Of a stretch of DNA of 64,000 nucleotides, positions 1 to 13,019 are shown in pieces. The notes under the pieces were generated by a model that worked only from the letters and a program-made list of their open reading frames with translations, had not been told where the DNA came from and searched no databases. The DNA comes from Eledone cirrhosa (Eukaryota): assembly GCA_964016885.1 (NCBI GenBank), contig CAXHJY010000519.1:74119-138118 (forward strand), read 5' to 3'. Made by a program: the position numbers and the translations under genes. Each line of letters begins with the position of its first letter. Position 1 is the first letter of the stretch.

Positions 1-294
1 TGATAAACCCATACGTACATATGTATATGTGTGCATGTATGTATGTATATATATACTACTGTACGTCTGTATACATATGTGCATATATGTATGTATCTAT
101 ACATACTTATATTTAAGTATCAGCCGTACTAAGAGTGAGAAATGAAATTTCATTTTTTCCATCTATTGATATCAACTTACCTAAAACGACCTCTATTTCT
201 ATGAAACAAAATCATCCATTGTAAAGGCTCCCTACTTAATTTTTTTGATATCAACCTGTTCAAAACCACCTCTCATTTTAAAAGAGTTCCTACT

Positions 295-498
295 TATATG
301 CATTTGTTGTTGATATTGGAACGATCTCTTCAGATAAATATCCGTTTATGTGATATGCTGTAGGCAAAAACAAACATATCTTTTTTCTTGCGTGTCTGGC
401 AAGCAAGAAGAAAGACACGTTTCCTTTTGCCTACAGTATATCACATAAATCAATATTTATCTGAAGAGATGTTTCCTATACCAACAACAAATGCATAT
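295..498. repeat. Imperfect inverted repeat (MITE/foldback-like), arms about 90 bp
   Basis: Left arm atatgcatttgttgttg...tctcttcagataaatat...tgtaggcaaaa is mirrored by ttttgcctacag...atatttatctgaagaga...caacaacaaatgcatat. Confidence 0.7.
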
Positions 499-1148
499 AT
501 TATATTACATCTGGGATTGCATAAGGGAACCATTGAAATAATTATAATGAATAAACGATTTATGTAATATCAACATCTTTTTTTATGTTATTCTTATATT
601 GAATCCATCGTAACTACACACTATGAATGTAGAGAGCTTTTGCCTGCTTACTCCTGGTTTTCACCAAAACAATTTTTACTGTACACACATATATATATAC
701 ATGCAGTAAAAAAAAAATGTATATATATATATATATATATATAATCACCTGTGTGTGTGCTTATGTTTTTGTAGATTTCTTTAGGCCAACACTTTAATCA
801 AAAACCATGCTTGTTCAATACAAAATTCTTGCCTCATGATAGTAAAGAAGTTTTATTCTATTAAAACCAACAGACATGCAATTAAGTTTACTTCTTTCTT
901 TCTTTCTTCTTTCTTTGTTTCTTTTCTGTTTTTCCTGTTTATTATTTCTATCTTTTTAATGTAAATTAATACACAGGCTGTATGTGGCATCTGTCTGATA
1001 AATAGTGGACAAAACATCACTTACTGTTTAGCCATGTCTGAAATTCTGCTCAAGTGGAACTTTATCTTTCCTCATTCAGTAAAAGATTTAATGGACGAAA
1101 ACATAAGAAACCATTATTATCATCACAGATCTGCATATCTAATATGAA

Positions 1149-1525
1149 GTTGTGTTGGGAGTTACACTGTCTTACCTGTAACTAGGGTGAAAATTGGAAG
1201 TGTTGGGAGTTACACTGTCTTACTTGTAACCGGGGTCAAAATTGGAAGTGTTGGGAGTTACACTGTCTTACTTGTAACCGGGGTCAAAATTGGAACTGTT
1301 GGGAGTTACTCTGGTCTTACTGTAACTGGGGTCAAAATTGGAAGTGTTGGGAGTTACACTGGTCTTGCTGTAACTGGGGTCAAAATTGGAAGTGTTGGGA
1401 GTTACACTGGTCTTGCTGTAACTGGGGTCAAAATTGGAAGTGTTGGGAGTTACACTGGTCTTACTTGTAACTGGGGTCAAAATTGAAAGTGTTGGGTGTC
1501 ACACAGATCTTATCTTTAACTGGGA
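1149..1525. repeat. 48-bp minisatellite, about 7-8 copies
   Basis: Unit gtgttgggagttacactggtcttgctgtaactggggtcaaaattggaa; explains ORFs 1187+ and 1268-. Confidence 0.9.
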
Positions 1526-1603
1526 GTCAAGCCTCACACTAGAATAATATACTTTTGTCTCATCAAGTACATACACTAATACAATGCATTATATATGTAA
1601 CCC

Positions 1604-1649
1604 CTAACTGAGACCTTCACCTCCAAAGTCTGGCCCTGTTAGCAATAAC
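1604..1649 (-). CDS. Candidate terminal coding exon of an unidentified host gene (LLLTGPDFGGEGLS*)
   Basis: Acceptor catttcttcag; unique sequence; phase-compatible with candidate exon 13612-13643; no homology check possible. Confidence 0.35.
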
Positions 1650-2009
1650 CTGAAGAAATGTTTTTCTTGTCCTTAGTTCCTTCCATAAATGTCATCATTG
1701 TTCACAGTACTTGCACCAACTTCCATAATTGTAAACAGAACCAGCTGCAAATGAGTTGGTATTGTCAGACAGAAGTGGAAAATATATCTGGGAGATATGG
1801 TGTTCAATTCCTCATAGTGACCTATGGCAACTTCTTTTTCAGTCTTTTTAGGATCTTCACCCTATTTTATAAGCTATTTTATAGCATCTATGCACTTGAG
1901 CACATCATTCTTTATACTTATATACAATCATTATCCTCATTATCACCATTTAACGTCCATTTCTCCACTTTAACATGGGTTAAACATATATATATATATA
2001 TATATATAT

Positions 2010-2433
2010 GGGCGGCAACTGCAGAGGATATGCGACGGCTGGAGAGAAATGAAGCAAGTATGCTCCATTGGATGTGCAATGTCAATGTGCGTGAACGACC
2101 AAGCATGGATGAGTTGAGAAAGAAACTGGGTATAAGAGGGATAAGTTGTGGTGTGCAGGAGAGAAGGCTGAGATGGTATGGACATGTGATGCGCATGGAG
2201 GATGACCGCTGGGTAAAGAAGTGCCAAGAAATCTCAGTAGAAGGAAGACGCAGTAGAGGTAGACCGCGTAAAACATGGGCGGAGGTGGTGAGAGCAGACC
2301 TCAGATTGCTGAAACTCACCGAGGAGATGACGAAGGACCGTGACAAGTGGAGAGATGCTGTGCTGAATAAGACCCATCCAACCCTTGCAAGCAGGGAAAA
2401 GCGGACGTAAAATGATGATGATGATGATGATGA
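2010..2433 (+). mobile_element. 5'-truncated RTE LINE 3' end with (ATG)n tail
   Basis: Encodes RRLRWYGHVMRMEDDRWVKK...RGRPRKTW; ends gcaagcagggaaaagcggacgtaaaatgatgat. Confidence 0.9.
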
Positions 2434-3149
2434 TACCCAGTGATCAAAAGTCTGATAATTCAGTTTACGTACATTGTTTACAAGAATAGTATTTTTCTTT
2501 TTTTGGAAGGTTTATTTGTTTGCATTTGTTGTTATGTATTTTTTTGTTATTGTAGTATTCGAATTACATGATTGTGGATTAGTTAATCCGTTTAATAGGA
2601 TTAAGAGGTTAGTGTTAATATTAATGTTATAACTGAGATGAGAAGGGGAATTCTGCTTTAACTGTGTCATAGAAAGGTTGTACCTGTGTAATCAGAGTAC
2701 ATTAGCATTATGCTGAATGACATATCGAAAATGAAGGTAGTTACTGCTGAAATACCAGCTGGTAACGAGAACATGGATTAACTGGGGCACAACCAGGGAT
2801 TTGTAACTTGGCATATGAAGAGTTAAATGCATGCATACATATCAGCGATCGACTTAAAATACTTATAGCGTGGTTCTATTGAAATCTCCAAGTAGATAAC
2901 CAATAGGAAGAGGTTTCATGCAGGCTGGCCAGTCATATTTAGAAATGTGCTGAGCAGATCATCAACATCTGGTTGAACTTGCCTGGACATTCATGAGTTT
3001 AGCACACCATCCATCACGATCACGCAAAAGTGTTGGGAGGTCGTTAGGTGAGCATTCTGTGTCTCTACATAGTTGGTCAATGTAAGTTAAAGCCAGTCAG
3101 CCAACCTTCCTCTGACCGCAGCTAGGTGCCCAAAGCAAAAGATCATTAA

Positions 3150-3599
3150 CCCTTTAGCAATTAAACCGGCCGTATCCGGCCAGAATGCTTTCACCTTTTT
3201 CTGTTCAAACCGGCTGGAACCGGCTGCTCATACTGATGTTACGGTATTGTTCTCAAAGTAAAGAATATCAAAATGTTATACATCCGATAATGTGTGAGAT
3301 AATTATGTGAGGTAATGTGTTTACCACGAAAATATAATAGTAAACATAGAGTAATCATCATCATCATCACCATCATTTTACGTCTGCTTTGCCCTGCTTG
3401 CTAGGGTGGGACGGGAACTGATTCTGGCTTGATTTCTACAGCTGGATGCCCTTCCTAACACCAACCTCATTTAAGTGAATGCTGGGTGCTTTTTTTGCCG
3501 TGGCACCTCCACGACCACTTTGCAGTGGAATGATATGGACCCCAGTCCTATCATCTCATTTCTACAGCTGAGTAAATGAGTAATGTAAATGCTAAAGGG
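3150..3599. mobile_element. piggyBac-like non-autonomous element (MITE) carrying a nested SINE
   Basis: TTAA-CCCTTTAGCA...TGCTAAAGGG-TTAA termini; uninterrupted copy at 34110-34330. Confidence 0.8.
3356..3577 (-). mobile_element. 5'-truncated SINE with RTE-type tail, nested in the MITE
   Basis: Matches the 3' part of 19681-20034; flanked by gagtaat direct repeat (TSD). Confidence 0.8.
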
Positions 3600-3875
3600 T
3601 TAACAAGTTTTTGCTTTGCCTACAAAATTGCTGATTTATCAGGGATACTATCTCTTGGAAAGTAGCCAACACCTGCATTATTTTAATGGTATATACACTC
3701 CCTGACTACTCTGAATTCTCCCTAGAAATATACTATCAGATTCGAGCATATGTTGCATCAATTTTTTTTAAAGGCAAAGGCTTCACTGATGAGGAGATCC
3801 ATCTACTGCTGAAACTCACACCAGTAATACTGTGTATTTTAGCTAATTTTCTAAGCTATTATTTAAAACTATCAA

Positions 3876-4078
3876 TGGTGGGTTGGCAGTATAGGGCGGT
3901 GGATTGGCAGTATCGGTAGAGTGTCGCACGCCATGCTTTCCAGCATAGTTACGTCCCTTTACGATCTGAGTTCAAATCCCGCCGAGGTTGACTTTGCCTT
4001 TCATCCTTACGGGGTCGATAAAATAAAGTACCAGTAATGCACTGGGTAATTGCTGGCCTTGTGCCTAAAGTAGAAACA
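3876..4078 (+). mobile_element. tRNA-derived SINE family A (Meta/MESC-like central domain)
   Basis: A-box-like tggcagtatcgg, B-box gagttcaaatcc, core gcctttcatccttacggggtcgataaaataaagtaccag; TSD attatttaaaactatcaa. Confidence 0.85.
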
Positions 4079-4398
4079 ATTATTTAAAACTATCAACTGT
4101 TATTACTATATACCTAATACTAAATTATCCAATCTACCTTTCATTTTTGAGTAGTTTGATGGAAATTTAGCTGCTATGAAAAGCAGGTCAATCACCAAGA
4201 ATAGCTGCTTCTCTCATTGGCTCAATATATTATATATTTGTCGCAATGGTGCAGTACTTTACGTTAATCTCTCTCTATCTACAACATCTAATTTACACAA
4301 AACCTTTGTTCCATTTCTCACCTCATCAATATCTTCTCTTCACCTCTACCACCACAACTGCCTGCATTCATTGCTCTTTAGAAACAAAGAAAGAAGGC

Positions 4399-4430
<32 letters not shown>

Positions 4431-4682
4431 AGGCCAATCGAAGAGAGAGAGAGGGTAAAGTATCAATAGTATGTCAATAACTCTAATCTGTTAAATGACC
4501 AAATAAATCCACATTTAACGTGTCGTTCAAGCTTTAGCTGAAGGCCTAAATATAGGTGGAAGATCAGTTGTTCACCACATACAGACATACACATACACAT
4601 AGGTGGAATAGACATGTATATATACATACACATGTACATAGATACACACACACACATATATATATACTTAAATATGTATATA

Positions 4683-4735
<53 letters not shown>

Positions 4736-4812
4736 TTATATATACCTATAAATATATATATATGCACACACATGTACATGATGATGATGATTTAATTATG
4801 CGCAATCACAGG

Positions 4813-4850
<38 letters not shown>

Positions 4851-5006
4851 GAATATGGACGTTAAACGATGATGATGATGATATATATATATATATATAT
4901 ATACCGCCTTGCCTATGTATAAAGCGAAACCTACAGTCAGTAGGCACCTCTTAACCAAATATACACCCCAATCCACTACCCCTACCCTATCCTCCCACTC
5001 CCACCA

Positions 5007-5315
5007 ACACCACCCTCTCTCTGTAAAGTTGGTACCACAACATCCAGTCCAAATAAATGAGATCGAGATCGTGTAGGTGTCACGAGAAAAAAAACACAGT
5101 CCACGCTGTAAGGTGGTCGTGTAGGTAACACGGTAAAAAGTTCCCAGTTCCACACTGTAAATGTGGTTGGTGTTAGGAAGGCCATTCAGCCGTAGAAAAC
5201 CTGCCAGATAGTCCTATATGAGAGAGACACGGTCACCCGACGAAACCTTGCCTCAAGTGGCACAACTCCTGTCTAACCCATGCTAGCGTGGAAGATGGAC
5301 GTTAAACGAAGATGA

Positions 5316-5320
<5 letters not shown>
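5007..5320 (+). mobile_element. Non-autonomous RTE-derived element (family C)
   Basis: ggttggtgttaggaagg motif plus acccatgctagcgtggaa...gacgttaaacga tail; similar to 14850-15190. Confidence 0.75.
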
Positions 5321-5346
<26 letters not shown>

Positions 5347-5950
5347 CTCAAACATGGATATGTGTTATTAGATAAAGTCAGTGATATGGGGCAGTTGAGA
5401 ATTATTCACCAAAACTATGGCTGAACATCTGGTTAAAGGTTAACCAGAACTCAAATTGGACAAATAAATCCACCAGTCTACACACACACACATACATATA
5501 CATGCAATCACACACACATGCATGACATAAGAATACAAACACACAATCTTGTATACATATAAACATTCATGCATATACAAGGGTAGGCTGACCAAGATAC
5601 TCTCATGGAATGACCAAATGGTGTTTATTTTTCAATATAATCCCTGGAAAGAAACAATGCGGTTATAAATAAAAAGAGTTGACAATAATGCATGCAAGAT
5701 TTCACAGCTCTAGCATCATTCCTTCATAGTCAACCTATGAATCTCTCAGCCGAGAAAAACCACAAACCCTCCATCTCAATTCTACTTTTGAAAAGTTATT
5801 TTAATAAATATTTGCTCTATGGGATTTATATATATTTATATATATATTATGCTTATTGAGCTCTCTTCGAATTTTAGACTTTGTGTGTGTGTGTGTGTGT
5901 ATTTATGTATACACACACATGTGTATGTGTGTGTCTGTGTATGTATATAT

Positions 5951-6300
5951 GTTGCCAACAACAACCCTGAGTATCTTTTTAATTTCCATGTGTCTAACAC
6001 ACGTGGACATGCCCACAAAGTCAGAAAACAGTACAGCTCCCATGACTTTCGGAAACATTTTTTCACGCTCAGAGTTGCTGAAGCATGGAACAAACTACCT
6101 GCATCAGTTGTTAGCTGTCGAGACACTGCATCCTTTAAGGCCTCCATGCTTCCCGAGATCCGCCAACACTACAGCTAACACATACACACATGTACTTCCC
6201 TGACATTTGTGTATTATTCTATGTACTATACATACACCTTTGATGAGTTGTAGTGCACCTGAGCACTTTACACAATAATTTCATTATTATTATTATTATT
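5951..6300 (+). mobile_element. CR1-like LINE 3' fragment
   Basis: NTRGHAHKV...RKHFFTLRVAEAWNKLPASVV...SFK is the typical CR1 ORF2 C-terminus; (ATT)n tail. Confidence 0.8.
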
Positions 6301-6312
6301 ATATATATATAT

Positions 6313-6502
6313 GGCGGTGGATTGGCAGTATCGGTAGAGGGTCGAACGCCATGCTTTCCAGCATAGTTACGTCCCTTTACGATCTGAGTTCAAATCCCGC
6401 CGAGGTTGACTTTGCCTTTCATCCTTACGGGGTCGATAAAATAAAGTACCAGTAATGCACTGGGTAATTGCTGGCCTTGTGCCTAAAGTAGAAACAATTA
6501 TT
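6313..6502 (+). mobile_element. SINE family A
   Basis: Near-identical to the 3895-4083 segment. Confidence 0.9.
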
Positions 6503-6578
6503 ATATATATATATATATATATATATAATCATCATCATCACTGTTTAGCGTCCATTTTCCATGCTTGCATGGGTTAGA

Positions 6579-6611
<33 letters not shown>

Positions 6612-7221
6612 TTAGACATGCATACAACCATACATATAATTTAACATACAAACATGTACATATAATTTAACATATATAATATATAAACAAGATGAAAGAG
6701 GAATACGCTGCAATGCGCAAATATTTAGCTGCAAGGTTTGTTTATCTGTTCGTGTTTCTCATGGAGAAGATTTTAGTCAGCAACTAATTGGAGATAGTTT
6801 AGAAAACGAAGATGCGAAAATTGGCAAGCTGAATGACTATCTAGTTTATATTAGAGATGACAGGGAAATAGGCGAGTTGTAGTTAATGGGGCTGGTGAAA
6901 ACGATGTAAAGATTTGTAAATGGACAGAAAATATATGGTAAAAATTACTGATAAGACAGGCTAAATGAAACGCTAATGATTTTTGTATATTTTTTAATAT
7001 TATCTATCTTCCTTTCACTAGGCATAAGGCCAAATTTGTGTGAGGCTTGTTGTTATCGTTGATTGACTCAACCTTAACGTATGAATTAATGAATGAAGGA
7101 AATATAGAGAAAGAGATGAAATAAATGATAATTAAAATATAAAATAAAATAAGAAATATAAAAATAAAAAAAAAATTATTTTTGTTATTATTGTTGTTGT
7201 TGCTTGTTCTGTGGCGTCTGC

Positions 7222-7252
<31 letters not shown>

Positions 7253-7428
7253 TGTTCACCCTACGTCCCCTTTATTTACGTGTCCCAACGACTTTTTTTA
7301 GCCATTGTTCGCACCAACCTGAGGTATATGGCCCTTAAAGCGATGAAATGCCTGGGACGGTTGGAGGGTCACTGATGAAGGACTTACTTTTTCATATGTA
7401 CCCCATTTGCAACGCGCAGCTCATTATT

Positions 7429-7431
<3 letters not shown>

Positions 7432-7487
<56 letters not shown>

Positions 7488-7770
7488 ATATATATATATA
7501 TGTATATATATCTATATATATGTATATATTTATATATATGTATATATTTATATATATGTATATATATGTATATATATGTATATGTATATATATGTATATA
7601 TATATATATGTATATGTATATATATATGTATATATATATGTATATATATATATGTATATATATATATGTATATGTATATATATATATGTATATATATATA
7701 TGTATATGTATATATATATATATGTATATATATATATGTATATATATATATGTATATATATATGTATATA

Positions 7771-7837
<67 letters not shown>

Positions 7838-7868
7838 GTATATATATATATATGTATATATATATATG

Positions 7869-7923
<55 letters not shown>

Positions 7924-8018
7924 GTATATATATATATGTATATATATATGTGTATATATATATATGTATATATATATATGTATATATATATATATGTATA
8001 TATATATATGTATATATA
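7432..8018. repeat. (TA)n/(TATG)n microsatellite
   Basis: Directly visible; source of YIYI ORFs. Confidence 0.95.
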
Positions 8019-8372
8019 TCATCATCATCATCATCATCACCGTTTTACGTCCGTTCTTCCACGCTAGCATGGGTTAGACGGGTTGTCCTGTTGTGGGCAG
8101 TGTCTGGTCGGCTGACCATGCCTTGCTCATACAGGAACTGATCTGGCTTGATTTCTACAGCTGGATGCCCTTCTGTGGGCAGTGTCTGGTCGGCTGACCA
8201 TGCCTTGCTCATACAGGAACTGATCTGGCTTGATTTCTACAGCTGGATGCCCTTCCTAACACCAACCTCATTTACAGTGAGTGCTGGGTGCTTTTTCGTG
8301 GCGCCTACACGTCCACTTTACAGTGTGGGCTGGGTGCTTTTTTGCCGTGGCACCTCCACGACCACCTTGCGG
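8019..8372 (-). mobile_element. RTE-derived non-autonomous element with an internal ~80-bp duplication
   Basis: (CAT)n tail; tgtgggcagtgtctgg...gatgcccttc occurs twice. Confidence 0.75.
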
Positions 8373-8405
8373 TGGGGGGGGGGGGGGGCATATTGTTTAT
8401 ATGCT

Positions 8406-11400
8406 TCAGCATGTACCCATGGGAGGTCGGGTACCCTGTATTACTGCGTGACGCCAGAAGTCACGATCGTGTGTCATTGACTTTGAGAGGTGTAGTTGGG
8501 TAAGGTCGGCTTTTATCACCTCATCCCAAGTCATCTTGGGTCTCCCCACTCCGCGGTTTCCATCAACTTCTAGTGCTCTGCACCTTTTTATGCAGCTGTC
8601 ATCCTTCATACGCATCACATGTCCATACCAGCGTAACCGCCTCTCCTGCACGCAGCATTTGATTCCTCTTATGCTCAGTCTCTCTCTCAATTCATTTATG
8701 CTTTGTCGTTCACGTATATTACTGTTACACATCCATCGGAGCATGCAGGCTTCGTTTCTCTCTAATCTACGTAAGTCTTCCACCTTCAGCGCCCAGGTCT
8801 CACTACCATGCAACATCGCTGTTCGGATACACGCATCATACAGTCTGCCTTTCATTCTGAGGGAGAAGCCTTTTGCAGCTAGCAGTGGTAGTAGTTCCCT
8901 AAACTTCTTCCATCCCGTTCTTACCCTAGTTATTGTACTTTCTGAGCACCCACCTCCGTTGCTAATTCGGTCACCTAGGTAGCAGAAGCTGTCTACTGTT
9001 TCTACAGGGCCCTCCCAGAGATTGGTGGTACTTGTTTCCTGTGGCTGTTTGCTTGCTGTTTCAGCACAGCTGCTGCATGTGAATCCTACATTCTTAATTA
9101 AGCTTCCTGAGATCCCGCTACATCTCTTGTGTACCCATTGTTTGCATTTGGGGCAAAGAATGGAGTTCCTACCTACACCTTTCCTACATACTGAGCAAGG
9201 CCATTTCCCTGAGGGGATCTGGGTTCTGTTTTCTCGTCTACTTATAAGGACCTTAGTCTTTGTCATGTTGACTTTGAGGCCCTTTCTCTCTAGTCCCTGC
9301 TTCCAGGTTTGGAATTTATTCTCTAGTTCTACCATAGATTCAGCTATGAGTGCGAGGTCATCAGCATACAGGAGTTCCCATGGGCATCCGGTCTTAAACT
9401 CCTCCGTTATTGCCTGCAGGACTATGATGAACAGGAGAGGGCTAAGAACAGAGCCCTGGTGGACCTCAACCTGTACGCTAAATTCCTCGCTATACTCATT
9501 GCCAATCCTAACTTTGCTGACTGCTCCCCTATACATGGCTTGTACCGCTTTCACAAGCCATTCATCTACTCCTAGTTTTCTAAGAGCCCACCAGATTACT
9601 GCACGTGGAACTCTGTCAAAGGCTTTCTCAAGGTCGACAAATGCCAAGTAGAGTGGCTTACTTTTAGCTAGGTACTTTTCCTGTAATTGCCTCACAAGGA
9701 AGAGCGCATCAGTGTTGCCTTTCCCTGGTACAAACCCAAATTGCATCTCGTCTATATTCACCCGGTCCCTAATCAGCTGTGCTATAACTCTTTCTGTTAC
9801 TTTCATGACCTGGTCCATCAACTTTATACCTCTATAGTTTCCTCTATCTAGTGCATCGCCTTTACCTTTGTAGCAGTTGACAATGATGCTACTGCACCAA
9901 TCTTTTGGTATGGCCCCCTCTAGTATTACCTGGTTAACGATACGTGTGGTTATAGTGTGACCTACAGACCCAGATGCCTTCAGCATCTCGGCAGCTATAC
10001 CCGATGGACCGGTTGCCTTCCCTATCTTCATATCTCTGATTGCCTTACTTACTACGCTGCCGCTGACTTGTACTGCTGGTCCCTCTATAGGGTCTACGTG
10101 GGGTAGGGTCTCTTCTTCCCATGCATTCTCCTCATTTAGTAATCTATCATAATGACTCTTCCATGCATCTTTCTTCTCAGCACTTGTGAGGGCAAGCTCA
10201 CCTTTATCATTCCGGATACACTTCTCTCCAATGACATCACAACTATCTCTGACACACTGCCTCGCAATCTTGAATACCTCCTGTTTCTGGTCCTCACGTT
10301 GTAAAACATGCTTGAATTTTCTATCCTCTGCTTCCCTCCTAGCTAAGTATACTTGTCGCCTAGCTTCCCTCTTGGTCTCTATGTAATGTACCCTGCTCCC
10401 CCCGTTCTTCCATTCTTTCCATGCCTGTCTCTTGGCCTTGACTGCTTCATCTACCTTATTGTTCCACCACCAAGTCACTCTCCTCCTGCTTGAGGTCTTA
10501 CTCCAGCCACAAACCTCATCCGTCGCCTCTAGTAAGTTATTTTTTAGGAACTCCCAGTTCTCTTCTACGTTAAATGTCTCTATCTGTTCTTCTTTACTGT
10601 CGTAGGCGTTGAGTAAAATATCTTTAAATCTGTTACTGGTTGAGGGGACTTTCAGCTTCTAGATCTTTCTTATCCAGGTTGGCCTCTGTTTCAGGGCTCG
10701 TCTAGTTCTGACCGTGAGGTCGCTGACAACTAAGCTATGTTGGGATGTACATTCCTCACTAGGGAAGGCTTTTGTGTTTACGACCGTCCATCTGTCACGT
10801 CCTCTGATGAGGATAAAATCTAACTGACTAGAGTGCTCCCCTGATCTATAGGTGATCAGGTGGTTGTCGGGTTTTTTAAAGTTTGTGTTACATATCGACA
10901 TGTCATTGGCGTCGCAGAATTCTAGAAGTCTGAATCCTTCCTCATTCCTTGTGCCAACTCCATGGCCTCCATGTACTCTATTGAAGCCGTCGCAGTGTTT
11001 ACCTACGTGTCCGTTAAAATCTCCTGCAATGATTAGGAAGTCCTTGTCGTCTGTTAGAGCAGTAGTGTGTATTAGGGACTCGTAAAACCTATCCTTAAGT
11101 TCGTCTGGCAGCCCCGATTGGGGTGCGTAAGCTGATATTATTGTGGTAATTGTCTTATTCAGGACTAGTCTGAGTTTAATGATTCTTGCATTTACCCTGT
11201 ACACTGAGATTACTTTATCTACCCACTTGTCAGCTAATAGTATACCTACACCACCCATCCCATCGTCATTTCCCACCCAGAAAAATTTGTAGCACTGGCT
11301 TTTTCCTACAAGGACTCTAGCAGACCCTCCTCTCCATCTAGTCTCTTGCACACAGCATACATCAACTTCCTTTCGCTCTAGCATTTCTACGATTTCTCCT

Positions 11401-11500
11401 GCTCTTCCTTTCATTGAGCCTACATTGATGGTACCAACTCGGAGTTTTGGGCATTTGTCGACACTCTTAGGGGAGGGTCTCTGGGTTGGCGCTTCACGTG
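8406..11500 (-). mobile_element. Near-full-length RTE-clade non-LTR retrotransposon: APE endonuclease + RT + PHD-like finger; one premature stop at 10659-10661
   Basis: APE motifs VQETRW, SAYAPQ, GDFNGHVG, LDFIL, SQH; RT motifs NYRGIKL, QFGFVPG, FVDLEKAFDRV, HQGSVLSPLLF, YADD; ORFs 10659-11414 and 8406-10478 are in the same frame and the interval between them is open. Confidence 0.95.
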
Positions 11501-12039
11501 GGTGCTATATATATATGTATATATATATATATGTATATATATATATGTATATATATATGTATATATATATATATGTATATATATATGTATATATATATGT
11601 ATATATATATATATGTATATATATATGTATATATGTATATATATATATATATGTGTGAAAGCAACTGGTGCGTGTGTTTCTTATTGGCAACATGACCCTC
11701 CCAAAGTTTAACAATATCGGTTTCAACACACGTTTTCAGATAAAGAATCTTCCTAAACAAATTCAGAAACGAAATATATATATATATATATATAATCAGT
11801 TCCCGTATGAGCAAGACAAGGTCAGCCGACTGGACACTGCCCACAACAGGACAACCCGTCTAATCCATACTAGCGTGGAAGAACGGAGGTAAAACGGTGA
11901 TGATTATGATAGAGAGAGAGAGAGAGAGAGAGAGAGGGATATATATATATATATATATTTTTTTTTTGTTATGACCATGCTGTAAAATGGAGAGGTAGAG
12001 AGGGCCCATGAGTCCAGTAAGACATCCTCTCTATTGCTG

Positions 12040-12900
12040 GTGGCACGAATAAAAGCACCCAGTCCATGCTGTAAAGTGGCACTGGTGTTAGGAAGGGCAT
12101 CCAACCAGTGTATCAATGCCAAAACAATTATGAGCACAGCAACAAATAGATAGGAACAACAAAAATATGAAGACGTCGCATCTTAGAGTTGCAACACTTA
12201 ATGTTGGCAATCTCACAGGTAGATCTGGTGAAATAGTGGAGATGCTGGAGAGAAGGCAGGTGGATGTGTGCTGTGTGCAAGAGGTGAGATAGAGAGGTGC
12301 CTTTGTGAGACTAGTCGTAGGCAAACGTCTTAGCTATAAGCTATTCTGGGTAGGTAAGGATGATGGGTTAGGGGGAGTAGCCATTTTCCTGGCTGAAAGA
12401 TGGATCAATAAGACAATAGAGGTAGTTCGAGTTAATAATCGAATAATTAAGCTTAGATTAGTTGTAGGCAGGAGACTACTGACAATCATCTGTGCCTATG
12501 CTCCCCAAGCAGGCCTAGGCAAAGATGAGAAAGACTGCTTTTACAAGCAATGTTTACAAATAGCCGCAATGGCAGATGACGGAGACATCCTTATGCTAGC
12601 AGGAGACTTCAATGGTCATGTTGGACAACTCCAGGATGGTTACACTGGGGTACATAGTGGGCACGGTTACGGCTCAAGAAATGAAGAAGGAGTGAGACTT
12701 CTTGAATTTTGTGATGCAAGTACACTGACTATTTGCAACACTAACTTCCAGAAACCTGCCAACCACCTAATAACCCACAAATCAGGCGAGCACATAAGCC
12801 AGATTGACTTTTTACTAGTTAGGCAGCGGGACAGGCAGATGGTGTCAAATACCAAGGCATACCCTGGGGAAGAATGTACTCCACAGTATAGGTTAGTTCT
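12040..12900 (+). mobile_element. Degenerate RTE 5' fragment (5'UTR + APE domain)
   Basis: LRVATLNVG...CCVQEVR*RG...CAYAPQ...GDFNGHVG...QIDF; ends at a MITE fragment. Confidence 0.9.
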
Positions 12901-13019
12901 CATTTATTTTGAGAACAATACCTTAATGTAGGTATGAGCAGCCAGTTACAGCCGGTTTGAACAGAAAGAGGTGAGAGAGTTTTGGCCGGATAAGGCTGGT
13001 TTAAATGCTAAAGGGTTAA
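12901..13019. mobile_element. piggyBac-like MITE fragment (one end)
   Basis: Ends aaatgctaaagggTTAA; another fragment at about 30345-30477. Confidence 0.7.

Noticed and set aside
1658-2410. 250-aa ORF as a host gene
   Set aside because: Chance read-through of AT-rich sequence into an RTE 3' fragment
3786-3820. CTGATGA...GAAAC as a hammerhead
   Set aside because: Stem II does not close on the core and stems I and III are unsupported
5577-5752. Possible Tc1/mariner MITE remnant (related pieces at 13261-13300 and 44710-44790)
   Set aside because: Repeated nature is visible but TIRs and TSDs could not be defined
7374-7395. CTGATGAAGGAC resembling the family-3 hammerhead
   Set aside because: No GTCC-GAAA half follows
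7348-8141. [12 protein letters not shown]/poly-T/poly-V ORFs here and throughout the window
   Set aside because: Translations of microsatellites
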